A model generated the notes under the pieces. The model had not been told where the DNA came from, did no database searches, and saw only the letters and a program-made list of their open reading frames with translations. Both the position numbers and the translations under genes were made by a program. Of a DNA stretch of 64,000 bases, positions 9,824-20,355 are shown piece by piece; position 1 is the stretch's first letter, and each line of letters opens with the position of its first letter. Source of the stretch: Roseibacillus sp. (GTDB taxonomy: Bacteria > Verrucomicrobiota > Verrucomicrobiia > Verrucomicrobiales > Akkermansiaceae); the NCBI GenBank assembly GCA_051251855.1, contig JBPOGI010000007.1, positions 192,001-256,000 on the forward strand, given 5' to 3'.

Positions 9824-11581
9824 CTAGAACGAAAACCCACCAGTAACACCAACATAGTGGCTTTGAGCAAGGTCACCGAGACGGGCTTCGTAGTCCACCC
9901 CGACACGGAATCCATTGTCGCCATAGAAGAAGACTCCGGCACCGAGCACAGCCAAATCTTCATCAACAGTTCCTAGATTGAGACCCGCAATGTCCGAGCC
10001 ATCGGCCTCGAACTCATGTTCCCAAGCCGCACGCAATTGAGGGACAACCACTCCACCTGCCACTGGCATAGGGTAGGAAGCTTGGTAACCCAATTGAGTC
10101 GCCACTGACTTGTAATCAACATCAGGGAAAGCAGTTCCCCCATTTTCAGTATAGGCATCAATCTCGCCGTCGAGATAGCGGAACTGAACTACCGGGCCAT
10201 GGACGAGTTGTCCGCTCTGGTAATTGAGGCCGCTGTTCAGCTCCAGCAGATAAGAATTTCCCTCTGTGTCCCCATTAATTCCACCTGCTCGGGAGGTTTC
10301 GTAGTCGTGGAATCCGAAACTGAAGAGCGCATCGGCGTATAAATCAGCAGCACCCAGCGCATTGCGCTTATAGTAGGAGAGATACGGAGTGAGAGAAAAA
10401 CCATCGATATCGATATCACTTACTCCAGACGCATCTGCCTCTGATGTAGCAGCTCCAAAGGCCAATCCAATGTTGAACTCAGGACTGAGATCATAGTCGA
10501 TTCCGATACTTCCACCGAAAGTCTGTAGGTTTGTGCCAGGATTAAAGACCACTGGAGTTGTTCCCACGACGCCCTCCTGCCGATCCTGCTCTTCAGAGAA
10601 ATAGTAAACCTGACCCCATACTTCCCAAGGACGGGTGTATTCTGTCGTTACAGGAGTAAAGGCCTGCTTAGCGAGACCTCCTTTGGCTCCAGCAGAATGA
10701 GTCGATGGACCCTGCACAACTCGGGTAATAGTCTCGTTGAGCCTGCTAGAACGCATTCTATAGAGACGAGCGCCCACATCGTTGGTCATGGAACGCGAGA
10801 GAGCGATGGAACTCGAGCGCAAAGAAGTCAGGAGCGCGCGCCGATTTACATCCTCCATGATCACCGTCAAAATCACCTCGTCAAAGAGTTCGGCCAGAAT
10901 GGCCGGAATCTCGTCCTCGATACTGGAAAGGTCACTGATGTCTTCAAGAACACCGCCAGGCACACTGGTAATGCTTCCTCCCTCTTCGCCGCAACTCAGG
11001 GTCGCGGACGTAATGGCAGTCGCCTGTCCTGTGGAATCGAGACTACTCAAATCAAGCGCAACCACTTGAACACAATTATCATTTAAAGCCTGGAGAGTAG
11101 CGTCGAGGGTTGTTCCGTCGCTGGCAGGATCGAGACCGGGAGCATCTCCAAACCAGAAAATAAAGCGGCGAGAATCACTACGCCAAGGGGTGTTTTCTGC
11201 AACCTCCCTGAGACCAAAAAGGTTATCCTCGGGAAAGTCTCCTCCTCCGTTTGCGGACCAAAGATCAATCCCGCTACTCACGACACTAGTATCCGAAGTC
11301 AAGATAGGACTTCCGGCATCAGTCACGTTATAACGAAAGCCGAAAGCGTCAGAATTACCATCGCGATACTCCCCAACCCCGAATTCCACTGCACCGCGTT
11401 CGGAGAGAGATGAGAGAATAGCATTACTTGAACTCTGAACGCCGCTGATGAGGCCACCCATACTTCCCGTAGTATCGGAAAGAAAGACGACATCTAAAGG
11501 TTGTTGGCCCATCAATTGACAAACTGAGAGACTGAGACTGCAGAGAGAGGCTGCTTTGAAGCCTGGAATGGTACTTTTCAT
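9824..11581 (-). CDS. Autotransporter beta-domain protein with vWA passenger
   Basis: MIDAS DVVFLSDTTGSM; barrel motifs WEVWGQVY, DGEIDAYTENG, PQLRAAWEHEF; terminal F. Confidence 0.8.
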   Translation of the reverse strand: MKSTIPGFKAASLCSLSLSVCQLMGQQPLDVVFLSDTTGSMGGLISGVQSSSNAILSSLSERGAVEFGVGEYRDGNSDAFGFRYNVTDAGSPILTSDTSVVSSGIDLWSANGGGDFPEDNLFGLREVAENTPWRSDSRRFIFWFGDAPGLDPASDGTTLDATLQALNDNCVQVVALDLSSLDSTGQATAITSATLSCGEEGGSITSVPGGVLEDISDLSSIEDEIPAILAELFDEVILTVIMEDVNRRALLTSLRSSSIALSRSMTNDVGARLYRMRSSRLNETITRVVQGPSTHSAGAKGGLAKQAFTPVTTEYTRPWEVWGQVYYFSEEQDRQEGVVGTTPVVFNPGTNLQTFGGSIGIDYDLSPEFNIGLAFGAATSEADASGVSDIDIDGFSLTPYLSYYKRNALGAADLYADALFSFGFHDYETSRAGGINGDTEGNSYLLELNSGLNYQSGQLVHGPVVQFRYLDGEIDAYTENGGTAFPDVDYKSVATQLGYQASYPMPVAGGVVVPQLRAAWEHEFEADGSDIAGLNLGTVDEDLAVLGAGVFFYGDNGFRVGVDYEARLGDLAQSHYVGVTGGFSF

Positions 11582-12191
11582 AAGTTGTTGTTGTTGTGTG
11601 TTCTTTCTCTCCTTATGGAAAAATCGAGCTCAAGAATGAAACGTATTACACAACCAAAAGTCAATATATAAACAGATCCCAAAGAACACAAAGCGTCTGC
11701 TGTGAACAGGAACCCTCAAAATAAATTAGATGAAATTAACCATCATACTCTTAAAAGTATATTTTGAGAACATCGCCCTACCCGATTGAGACTATAAAAT
11801 AGAAACTCATCACTAAAAGAGAAGGAGCCATCAGGAACTCCAACAAAGATTCCTAACATCCCCACGACACTTCATCGGTTCAGATGACAGAGAGAGTCAT
11901 CCCTTCTGTCAGTTCATGCACACTTTAAACTTTCCCTAACAAAATCACGCCCCCAGCTTTGGCTCCCTTGGAAAGGGAACTTCCAGTCTCAAACATTTGC
12001 GAACTCGTCGTCCAACTCATGAGCGATGCCGAGGTAGAGCTGGCTATCCGACACGCGAGCTTCCCTGACAACCTCGTCACGATCGCCAACACCAACGAGG
12101 CAACAGGACTCCCCATCGACCATCCTCCTCGCTAGCCTTTTGGCTAGAACATTTCTCTTTCACAGACGGGTAAAGCAACTCAACGTTTGGC

Positions 12192-14732
12192 ATGCGCGCG
12201 CTCTTTCTTTGCCTTCTCACCGCCATTCCTGCAGTAGCGGAAAAGACTATCGACCTCGTCGAATACGGTCGCGAAGTCTTTCACACCGTCGGATGCGCCG
12301 AATGCCACTCCGAGACCAAAGACGACACCTCCATCAAAACCGGGCCAGGCCTCTACGCACTCTTACAAAAAGACGCACGTAAGCGAGACGTCCTCGCTGG
12401 AGGCGAACAACATCGCCAGACCATCAAAGCAGACCTCAAATACCTACAGCAGTCTCTTCGCAATCCTAATGCCGACCTCGCCATCGCCGAACAAGGACCC
12501 AGAAAAGGAGAAGCCTACCTTCCCGTCATGCCTCCTTATAACAAAGACTTCCTCTCCGACTTTAAGGTCAATGCTATCTACCAATACCTCCTCACACTCA
12601 ACGACGAAGAAAACCGAGGACCAGCCAAGCTCATCACCGAAGACAAATCAGGATCGGCCCTCACCAACGTCCTCGACGACCCCAACGAAATCCTCGTCAC
12701 CGACCGCACCCGCATTTATCGCACCCGCATCAAAGGTCAATCTGCCCGCGCCGTCTACGTCGGCACCCCCAGCGGATTCAACTACGCCTTCGACCCCGTA
12801 TCCCTCTCCATCGAGCGCATCTGGTGGGGCGGCTTCCTCAACATCGCCGGCAGCCTCGACGGACGCGGCCAAAAGCCCTCCCGACTTGGCCACAACGCCC
12901 TAGAAATCGAACTCCAAGCTCCCCTCATCGCCCCCATAGATCCTCAGACAGGCAAAGCTCTCGACCTCTCCTTCAAGTCACCACGCATGGACGACTTCGC
13001 CACCATTGGCAAGACCCTCAACAGTAACAAAGACTTTGCCGATCAACTCGCCCAAGCTGGAGGCTCTTTCCTCGGCTACGAACAAGCCGAAATCCCCACC
13101 TTCTTCTTCCGAGTGGGCAAGAACACCTTCCAGCTCCAATTCACCGTCGATGAAAGCGGGCAAGCCAAATTCAGCCTCAAGGGCAAACTCACCACTCCCC
13201 AAACCTTCCGGCTCGCGCCCCTCATTAAGGGAAAAAACCAAGACTGGACCATCTCCTCCCTGCCAGCCGAGCTCACTTTTCAAGTGCCGGTCAAACCCGC
13301 TTGGCAACCCACCGAAGCCCAACAAGCGCCCGCAGAACAACCTGTGCGCCTGACTCCCGCCAAATCTGTTAATCTCCCCTCAGGCTACCTCGCCGAACAA
13401 ATTGCCGCCCCCACAGACGTCAACGGGCGCGACCAAATGTTCGAACCCCTCGGAATGGTCAACGGAAAAGACGGCTCCCTCATCATCGCCACTCGTACCG
13501 CCGGCATCTGGAAACTTCACAACCAAAAGTGGACCCAAATCGCGGAAGGCTTTCAGGACTGCCTCGGAATTCTCGAAGAAGAAGACGGCTCCCTCATCAT
13601 CACTCAAAAACCCGAACTCACCCGCCTACGTGACCTTGACGGCGACGGGTGGTTTGACCGCTACGAAACCCTCAGCGAAGCCTTCCTCACCAGCTCCAAC
13701 TACCACGTATACCTCCACGGACCCGCAAAAGGCTCCGACGGCAACTACTACGTGGCCCTCAACCTCGCTCATCACAATAAAAAGGAAGCCATCTACAAAG
13801 CAGGTGGCAAATACATGGGCGCCGAAGGCGGCTATCGAGGCTGGGCCTTGCAAGTCACTCCAGATGGAAAGACCAACCCCTTCGCCAGCGGACTGCGTAG
13901 CCCCGCCGGACTCGCTACCGGTCCTGACGGCCAACTCTACTACACCGAAAACCAAGGCGAATACGTCGGAACCTCCAAACTCTTCTTGTTAGAGAAGGAC
14001 AAATTCTACGGCCACCCTTCCGGCCTCGTCGATCTCCCCAGCATGAACCCCGACTCCCGAAAAATCCGATGGGATCGAGTCAAAGACACCAAAGAAAAAG
14101 CCCTCGCCCTCATGCCTCATTCTCGGCTCGCAAACGCCCCCGGCAGCCCTGCTTGGAAGCCCGAAGCGCCGGCCAACGCAATGTGGGTCGGCGACCAAAC
14201 CCTCTCCACCCTTTTTCAAATCAAGATTAAACCCAATCACGAGGCAGTCCTTATCCCCTTCGCCGACGGCTTCCCCTCCGGAGTAATGCGCCTCGCATTC
14301 GCCGACGGCAATCAACTCTATGTCGGCCAAACTGGACGCGGCTGGCGCGCCAAAGGAGGAAGCGAACACGCCCTCGTTATCATCAAACGCACCTCCGACC
14401 CTCTTCCCAACGAATTGCAAGACATCACCCGCAAGGGAAGCCAATTCACCCTTCACTTCACCCAAGCTCTATACAAACAACCCACCCCAGAGCAAATCAC
14501 CCTCGAATCCTGGACCTACCTCGACTCACCCAACTACGGCTCCCCCGAGAACGACAAGACGACTCACAAAGTCACCTCCATTGAGCAAGGCTCAGACACC
14601 AAGACTCTCACCCTCACTATCGAGTCCATCCCCGAAGACGACAAAAACCGCGCCTTCCACTTCCTATCCAAAGACCTTCCCCCCACCAAAGGCGACCTTT
14701 GCGAAGCCTTCTTCTCCATCGTAGGTCAATAG
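12192..14732 (+). CDS. PVC-type cytochrome c / beta-propeller dehydrogenase-like secreted protein
   Basis: Signal peptide; heme motif CAECH; RLRDLDGDG..D; FASGLRSPAG; YTENQGEY. Confidence 0.75.
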   Translation: MRALFLCLLTAIPAVAEKTIDLVEYGREVFHTVGCAECHSETKDDTSIKTGPGLYALLQKDARKRDVLAGGEQHRQTIKADLKYLQQSLRNPNADLAIAEQGPRKGEAYLPVMPPYNKDFLSDFKVNAIYQYLLTLNDEENRGPAKLITEDKSGSALTNVLDDPNEILVTDRTRIYRTRIKGQSARAVYVGTPSGFNYAFDPVSLSIERIWWGGFLNIAGSLDGRGQKPSRLGHNALEIELQAPLIAPIDPQTGKALDLSFKSPRMDDFATIGKTLNSNKDFADQLAQAGGSFLGYEQAEIPTFFFRVGKNTFQLQFTVDESGQAKFSLKGKLTTPQTFRLAPLIKGKNQDWTISSLPAELTFQVPVKPAWQPTEAQQAPAEQPVRLTPAKSVNLPSGYLAEQIAAPTDVNGRDQMFEPLGMVNGKDGSLIIATRTAGIWKLHNQKWTQIAEGFQDCLGILEEEDGSLIITQKPELTRLRDLDGDGWFDRYETLSEAFLTSSNYHVYLHGPAKGSDGNYYVALNLAHHNKKEAIYKAGGKYMGAEGGYRGWALQVTPDGKTNPFASGLRSPAGLATGPDGQLYYTENQGEYVGTSKLFLLEKDKFYGHPSGLVDLPSMNPDSRKIRWDRVKDTKEKALALMPHSRLANAPGSPAWKPEAPANAMWVGDQTLSTLFQIKIKPNHEAVLIPFADGFPSGVMRLAFADGNQLYVGQTGRGWRAKGGSEHALVIIKRTSDPLPNELQDITRKGSQFTLHFTQALYKQPTPEQITLESWTYLDSPNYGSPENDKTTHKVTSIEQGSDTKTLTLTIESIPEDDKNRAFHFLSKDLPPTKGDLCEAFFSIVGQ

Positions 14733-14778
14733 CAGCCCATCTAGCACACCAACCTCCCTTCTTATTCAGCTAGGCAGA

Positions 14779-14935
14779 GAAATGGGTGAGCGGTCTTTTC
14801 AAGCCGCCACCCTATCACCCAGAAAGTTAAGGGTAGGCCTGCTCTCCTCAAAATCAGCTATTTCTGTGGTGATTCGTTCATTTTCCTCGAAACAGAATCC
14901 TCACTCTGCGGCTTAAAAAGCCACGCTCCTATTTC
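14779..14935. repeat. Inverted pair of REP-like palindromes
   Basis: GAAATGGGTGAGCGGTCTTTTCAAGCCGC ... GCGGCTTAAAAAGCCACGCTCCTATTTC, imperfectly inverted and each self-complementary. Confidence 0.5.
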
Positions 14936-15006
14936 AAGGCCCAAGTCTAACGGCTCCTTATCATTCTAGCTCTGGCGAACGACACTCACAGTTCGGGACA
15001 TATCAG

Positions 15007-17424
15007 CTACCAAACCTTCTCGTCCCGCTCGTCGAAGGGCAACCAGATCAATGAGACCGAGATGACCTCAATGTCTTTTTTATAAGGCTTCACCGACTCC
15101 TTCTCGAACTTCATGTGTAGTGGGTCAAAGTCTTTCTCCAGCTCCTTAACTTCTTCCTTCAGCTCCGCTTCCAGAAGCTCAACCTCCTCTTCGAGGCCGT
15201 CCACTTTACGCTCCGCCACCTTCACATCGGCACGCTGCTGATAGGCCCGAGACGCTGAAGTCACCGTACTGCTCCTCGACTTCCTCCCACCAAGCAAGGC
15301 TCCTAAAATACCTCCCACAATCTTGGCACCCGTCTGCATGGTCGCGGAGTGCGCTTGCGCTTTCTCCTTATCCAATGCCAACTCCGCCCGCTCAAGCTGT
15401 CCCTCTTTCGTCTTCAACTTCTTCTCATACTTATCACGTAGCTTTTCGACCGCTTCGTCACGCGCTTCCCGAGCCTTTAGCTGAAGCCGTGCTCGAAAGT
15501 CCCCTTCCCCCTCGCCCATCTGGGAATACTCATCGAGCTCATCACAGAAAAACAGCTCCACCCGCTCATTGCGATAGAGCCAATCCTCGAACTCGTCCTC
15601 CACCGGTTTGTAATTATCCGCGTTCATCGCAAAACCAGGGAGATTAGCAAATCCAGCTCCCTTGCGAGGCTCAGACTTCAAACTCTTCAAGGGCACCGTG
15701 CAGCCGCAGTCTTCCTCCCAATCAATTCCCTGCTCCTCGATCGGATTCACAAAGCGAATCAAGCGCGAGCCCTCCATCTTCGCCTTGCTCGATGAAAAGT
15801 GAACCTCCGCCTCCCGCAACAAAGCCGGGCGATACTCCACCCCATCTCCCTCACCGGCAAAGGGCACAAAGTGCTCCTTCACTCCCTTGCCCACGAGAGG
15901 ACGCTCGCCCTTGGGAGCTTCTGGTGCCGCCGCTTGACTCATCGCCATCGGATTGGCGCTCGCAACGACCTTCTGGGTCTTGGCGCCCTCAAAGAGACTT
16001 CGCTTGGGGTCCATCAAAGTCTTAATCTGACGGCGCGTGAGCGGCCCTCGCAGATAACTCATCACCCAACGCACATGAAACACCGTCGGCGCTCCGTCGT
16101 GGACATTGTTCATCAAAAAGACCCTCCCCTTCAGCCCCGAAAGCAACTCACTCACCCTCGAACGGTCAAAGTTCCCTCCCCCCTCATTCATAGCCCCCTC
16201 CAAACCATCCAATACACGCATCTTATCGCGCTCGGTTTGCAACCGACCCAACCACCATGTTCCGATGTTAGACAACGCTTTGTAATCGAGGTCCACCGGG
16301 TTCTGGGTCGCCACCAAGACTCCCAGACCAAAAGCACGCGCCTGCTTCAGCATGGTCATCAAAGGCTTCTTACTGGGTGGATTAGAGACCGGCGGCAAGT
16401 AGCCATAAATCTCATCAATATAAAGCATCGCCCGCAAGCTCGTCGTTCCACTCTGCGCCCGCATCCAACCCAACATCTGATTGAGCAACAACGAGACAAA
16501 GAACATCCGCTCTGTATCACTCAAATGTGCAATCGAGAAAATCGAGACCCGCGCCTTGCCCTCCGGAGTATACATCATGCGCTGAATATCCAACGGAGGC
16601 CCCTCCAACCAAGTCGAGAACCCAGGGCTTGCTAACAAGTTATTAAACTTAAGAGCCAACTTCTGTCGGTCCTTTTCCCCATAAAAACTCTCCACATCAA
16701 TGACTCCAACTTTCCCAAATTGCGGCCGCTGAATATTCCGAATCAACCCCTCTAACGAGAGGCTCTCCTCATTCCTCCAACAATGCTGAAAAATCGCGCC
16801 CAACAAAACCGCTTCCGGACTCTGAATCGGATCCGCATCCACTCCCACCAGGGACAACAATGAAGACACCGTGCTCTCGATGCGCTCCCCTAACAACTCA
16901 CCATCATCCATGACCTCAAAAGGAGGCACGTCCAACGAGCTCAAAATTGAAACAGGAATGCCCGCCTTACTCCCCGGCGTAAAGACATTGATATCCACCT
17001 TATCCCGCATCTGCTGCACCCGCTCCCCGCTCTGCCCCCATTCCGCGATGCCATTCTTCCACATCTCCGCAACCCCGGAAGCAAACTCCGGAACGGTCTT
17101 CCCCTTCTTGCGTGCATCATCCTCATTCACCCAAGGCTCGTAGTCCGAACCCTGAAAATTCGGGAAAGTCAGCATCAAGTTCGGAATATCACCCTTTGGA
17201 TCAATCACGATGGCCGGAATATTATCCATCGCCGCCTCTTCCAGCAACCCGATGCAAAGCCCGGTCTTACCCGACCCCGTCATTCCCAGGACCGCCCCGT
17301 GAGTCACCAAGTCCTTGGAGTCATAGAGAGTGAGATTGTCCTCCAACTCTCCCTTCGCGAGGTCATATCCTCGTCCAAGGTAAAACTTCCCCAACTTCTC
17401 GTAATCCGAAACAGCAATATCCAT
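15007..17424 (-). CDS. HerA/FtsK-like P-loop ATPase (DUF87/DUF853-like) with C-terminal coiled coil
   Basis: THGAVLGMTGSGKT, IVIDPKGD, LYIDEIYG, KQARAFGLG..ATQNPVDLD. Confidence 0.85.
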   Translation of the reverse strand: MDIAVSDYEKLGKFYLGRGYDLAKGELEDNLTLYDSKDLVTHGAVLGMTGSGKTGLCIGLLEEAAMDNIPAIVIDPKGDIPNLMLTFPNFQGSDYEPWVNEDDARKKGKTVPEFASGVAEMWKNGIAEWGQSGERVQQMRDKVDINVFTPGSKAGIPVSILSSLDVPPFEVMDDGELLGERIESTVSSLLSLVGVDADPIQSPEAVLLGAIFQHCWRNEESLSLEGLIRNIQRPQFGKVGVIDVESFYGEKDRQKLALKFNNLLASPGFSTWLEGPPLDIQRMMYTPEGKARVSIFSIAHLSDTERMFFVSLLLNQMLGWMRAQSGTTSLRAMLYIDEIYGYLPPVSNPPSKKPLMTMLKQARAFGLGVLVATQNPVDLDYKALSNIGTWWLGRLQTERDKMRVLDGLEGAMNEGGGNFDRSRVSELLSGLKGRVFLMNNVHDGAPTVFHVRWVMSYLRGPLTRRQIKTLMDPKRSLFEGAKTQKVVASANPMAMSQAAAPEAPKGERPLVGKGVKEHFVPFAGEGDGVEYRPALLREAEVHFSSSKAKMEGSRLIRFVNPIEEQGIDWEEDCGCTVPLKSLKSEPRKGAGFANLPGFAMNADNYKPVEDEFEDWLYRNERVELFFCDELDEYSQMGEGEGDFRARLQLKAREARDEAVEKLRDKYEKKLKTKEGQLERAELALDKEKAQAHSATMQTGAKIVGGILGALLGGRKSRSSTVTSASRAYQQRADVKVAERKVDGLEEEVELLEAELKEEVKELEKDFDPLHMKFEKESVKPYKKDIEVISVSLIWLPFDERDEKVW

Positions 17425-17584
17425 TCCCTAGGCTGTCGCGAAATCGCCAAAAGAGAAACCAAAAATCGTGAATGCTTCTGCCCCCCGCCTCCCAGAATTT
17501 CGAATAGCCCTTCACTAATCCGAAATACCGCAGCCTTTCAAAAGGACCCTTTTTCTGTTAGTTTCATTGGAACAACAATCACCT

Positions 17585-20329
17585 ATGAAAGCGCTCTTCT
17601 CTCTTCTCGTTGGCCTTTCCAGCCTTCCGCTCATTGCCCAAGAATGCCTCGACTTTGAGGACTTCTCTCTAGGGAGCGCCTTAAGCGGCAGCTCAGAAAC
17701 CATTTCCTTCAGCACCACCTTTCTAGCTCAGCCCGTCTCCCTACCGGGCGGAGGAACGACCAGCGGAGGAAGTGTTTCGGTCGGCAACGCCATTGCGGCT
17801 CTCGGTTCCGGCCAGGCGCTTAATGTGAACAATGCCGCGATCGAAATCTGTCTTCCTGGTCTCAAGGAGGTTTCCTTCCGCTTCAGCAATCAGGGGGGAT
17901 ACTTCAACTTCTCAATCGATGGCTCTCCCGTTGCGATTCCCGCCAACGAGACTGGCTCCCTCTCGCTCAATGGCGTCGACATTACCATCACAGGTTCGAA
18001 ACCTAACAACCGACTCACTGGGGAAATTACCCTCGTCGCACAAAGCGGAACCTTTGGTTGTTTTTCAGTCGGAGGCCAAGAACTCCAGATCGATGACATC
18101 TGCTTCCTCACGTGCGAGAATCCACAAAGTCCCGACAGTGCGGTCCCCGGCATCAGTTGCGTCGAATTCGAAAGCCTCGACAAACAAGGACCATACCCCT
18201 TCGGCAGTAGCTATCTCGAAAACGGAATCCTCTTCAAGGTCAAGGACCACGACGGTCAATTCAACAGCGCCAAATCCTCCACCCAACACCTCGCCGGTCA
18301 CCTCGGGTTAGAATGGCAATTTGACCATGCTGGCTTCACGGTCGATTCCGATTGTTGGAGCGGTATCAAATTCAATTTCTACACCAAGGATCCCGTGATT
18401 ATGGTCGTGAACGGGGTCATGGTCACCGGAGCTAATCTCACCAGCTTGCACAACACCTTATTCGGCGACGTTCTCCTCACTATCATTGACGATCCCGATA
18501 TCTCGGGGGGCGGTATCGCTTGCCTCACTGGCCGCATCGAGTCTCTTGAACTCACCGGTGAAGACCTCTATCTCGATCACTTTTGTGCCGCCGATTGTTT
18601 GCGCGATTGCATCGACTTTGAGGGCGAGAGCAGCGGCCAAAAATACCTCAAAGATGATACCATCACCGAAGATGGTTTCGTCCTCGAAATTCTCGATCCC
18701 CTCGGCAACGGTGAACCTGCTCAAATCTCTACTCAAAATCTGGCTGGTGGCGGAGGAAAAGAATTGGTCCTCGTCGAAGGCGAAATTTCCTTCGGCAAAT
18801 ACTGTTTCCAAGGTCTCACTTTTCAATACGGCCAGTTCGACGACGGCATCCGTCTCATCGTGGACGAGAGCGAAGTCGAAGTGACCGACATCAGTGATTT
18901 GGACGGCCTCACCGTAGGCGGCATGACCATCGAAGTCTTTGTAGTGCAAAGCAATGGAGGCAACGAACGTGGCGTCGTTCGGATGACCGGAGCCGCCTCC
19001 AAGATTTTCCTACTCGCCAACGGAGTCGCCATTGACCGCGTTTGCATCGACGAGTGCCCTGACCCGCTGGTCGTTGCGTTCGACGAAGAGCCTCTCGATG
19101 AAGTCTTTGAAGAAGGCGACACTTTCGGAGAGGACGTTCTTGAATTCGAAGTTTGCCCCCTTCGCATCAATGACGTCGGAACCGCGACCATCACAGGCGA
19201 CAACCAAACCGGCGGCACAGGCCAAGCAGTGGCCCTCAGTTTTGCCACCCTCAAGTTCGACCTCCTCTGCGCCTCTCAGCTCAGTTTTCAATTCGCCAAC
19301 TTTGGAGCCAACGGTGGACCGCAAGGCTTTGGGGTCGACGTCCGCCTCAATATCAACGGCGACAGCTCCGGTCTTGTGCAGGGGTTCCCTGAACTTCATG
19401 GTGACACCATCGGTGGTGCCTCCATCATTGTGACTGGAACCGCGAGCTCCGGTCGCGTCACCATTACCGGAAACATCGAGAGCATTATCGTCGGCGGCTT
19501 CAATATCCAGCTCGACAACATTATCCAGACTCCCTTCCAGGGTGGCCCGCAGTGCCACGACTTTAACACTTGGAACCCGTCTCTCACCTACGGCCTTTTC
19601 GAAGAAAACTTCGTCACTTTAACCGATGGCACGGGTGCGTTTTTCAACTCGTTCATCGACTTGAACAGCAACTTTATAGATGGAACCGCGACCATCACCA
19701 ATACTCAGACTGCCGGAGGAAGTGGCCGCGAATTGACTCTCAACGGCGCGGTGATGTCAATTGCCCCCCTCCTCGGCGACTGGGCTGATGTCTCCTTCCG
19801 CTTCCGTGAAGCTGGTTCGGCAGCCACCCGCGAAGTCTCGCTCTACGTCAACGGAGAGGAAGAGATTTTCGCTCGCATTGACGACCTTGATGGACACGTC
19901 TTCCGAGCCGGCACCAGCCTCGAGGTCACCGCGCGCGTCTTGAGTGTAGAAGAAAACGGACGCCTCCTGGGCATCGTCAAACTTGAGGGAATTCTCGACA
20001 GCATCTACATCGGTGGCGAAGCCCTCACCATCGACGACCTCTGCGGAACGCAACAACCCGCCCCCGTTTATATCGATAGCTGGGTGGTCAGTGTGGAAGA
20101 AACTTCTCCTAACATCATCACTTATGTCTGGGACATCGAAGCCCTCAATGTTCAGACATCAGACTTTCTCATCCGAAGGAACGACGACCTTGGCACCTTT
20201 GGCCCCTTTTCCGGTAGCCAGCGAACGGTGACCAGCCACGGTGCCGGAACAAATCTTTACCGCATCACTGAGACCCAACCCATCGATACCGCGAAGCGAT
20301 TTTACCGCGTTGCGTTGAGAGCCTTTTAA
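17585..20329 (+). CDS. Secreted protein with five tandem ~150-aa repeats
   Basis: Signal MKALFSLLVG; repeats bounded by C-x-D/E-F and I/L-D-D-x-C; C-terminal RFYRVAL. Confidence 0.75.
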   Translation: MKALFSLLVGLSSLPLIAQECLDFEDFSLGSALSGSSETISFSTTFLAQPVSLPGGGTTSGGSVSVGNAIAALGSGQALNVNNAAIEICLPGLKEVSFRFSNQGGYFNFSIDGSPVAIPANETGSLSLNGVDITITGSKPNNRLTGEITLVAQSGTFGCFSVGGQELQIDDICFLTCENPQSPDSAVPGISCVEFESLDKQGPYPFGSSYLENGILFKVKDHDGQFNSAKSSTQHLAGHLGLEWQFDHAGFTVDSDCWSGIKFNFYTKDPVIMVVNGVMVTGANLTSLHNTLFGDVLLTIIDDPDISGGGIACLTGRIESLELTGEDLYLDHFCAADCLRDCIDFEGESSGQKYLKDDTITEDGFVLEILDPLGNGEPAQISTQNLAGGGGKELVLVEGEISFGKYCFQGLTFQYGQFDDGIRLIVDESEVEVTDISDLDGLTVGGMTIEVFVVQSNGGNERGVVRMTGAASKIFLLANGVAIDRVCIDECPDPLVVAFDEEPLDEVFEEGDTFGEDVLEFEVCPLRINDVGTATITGDNQTGGTGQAVALSFATLKFDLLCASQLSFQFANFGANGGPQGFGVDVRLNINGDSSGLVQGFPELHGDTIGGASIIVTGTASSGRVTITGNIESIIVGGFNIQLDNIIQTPFQGGPQCHDFNTWNPSLTYGLFEENFVTLTDGTGAFFNSFIDLNSNFIDGTATITNTQTAGGSGRELTLNGAVMSIAPLLGDWADVSFRFREAGSAATREVSLYVNGEEEIFARIDDLDGHVFRAGTSLEVTARVLSVEENGRLLGIVKLEGILDSIYIGGEALTIDDLCGTQQPAPVYIDSWVVSVEETSPNIITYVWDIEALNVQTSDFLIRRNDDLGTFGPFSGSQRTVTSHGAGTNLYRITETQPIDTAKRFYRVALRAF

Positions 20330-20355
20330 GGAAAAACACTCCTCCAGCCCTGAAT

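Noticed and set aside
11930..12135. Short open stretch (…MSDAEVELAIRHASFPDNL…) in the 600-bp intergenic region
   Set aside because: No recognisable family or clear start; may be a gene fragment but is unsupported
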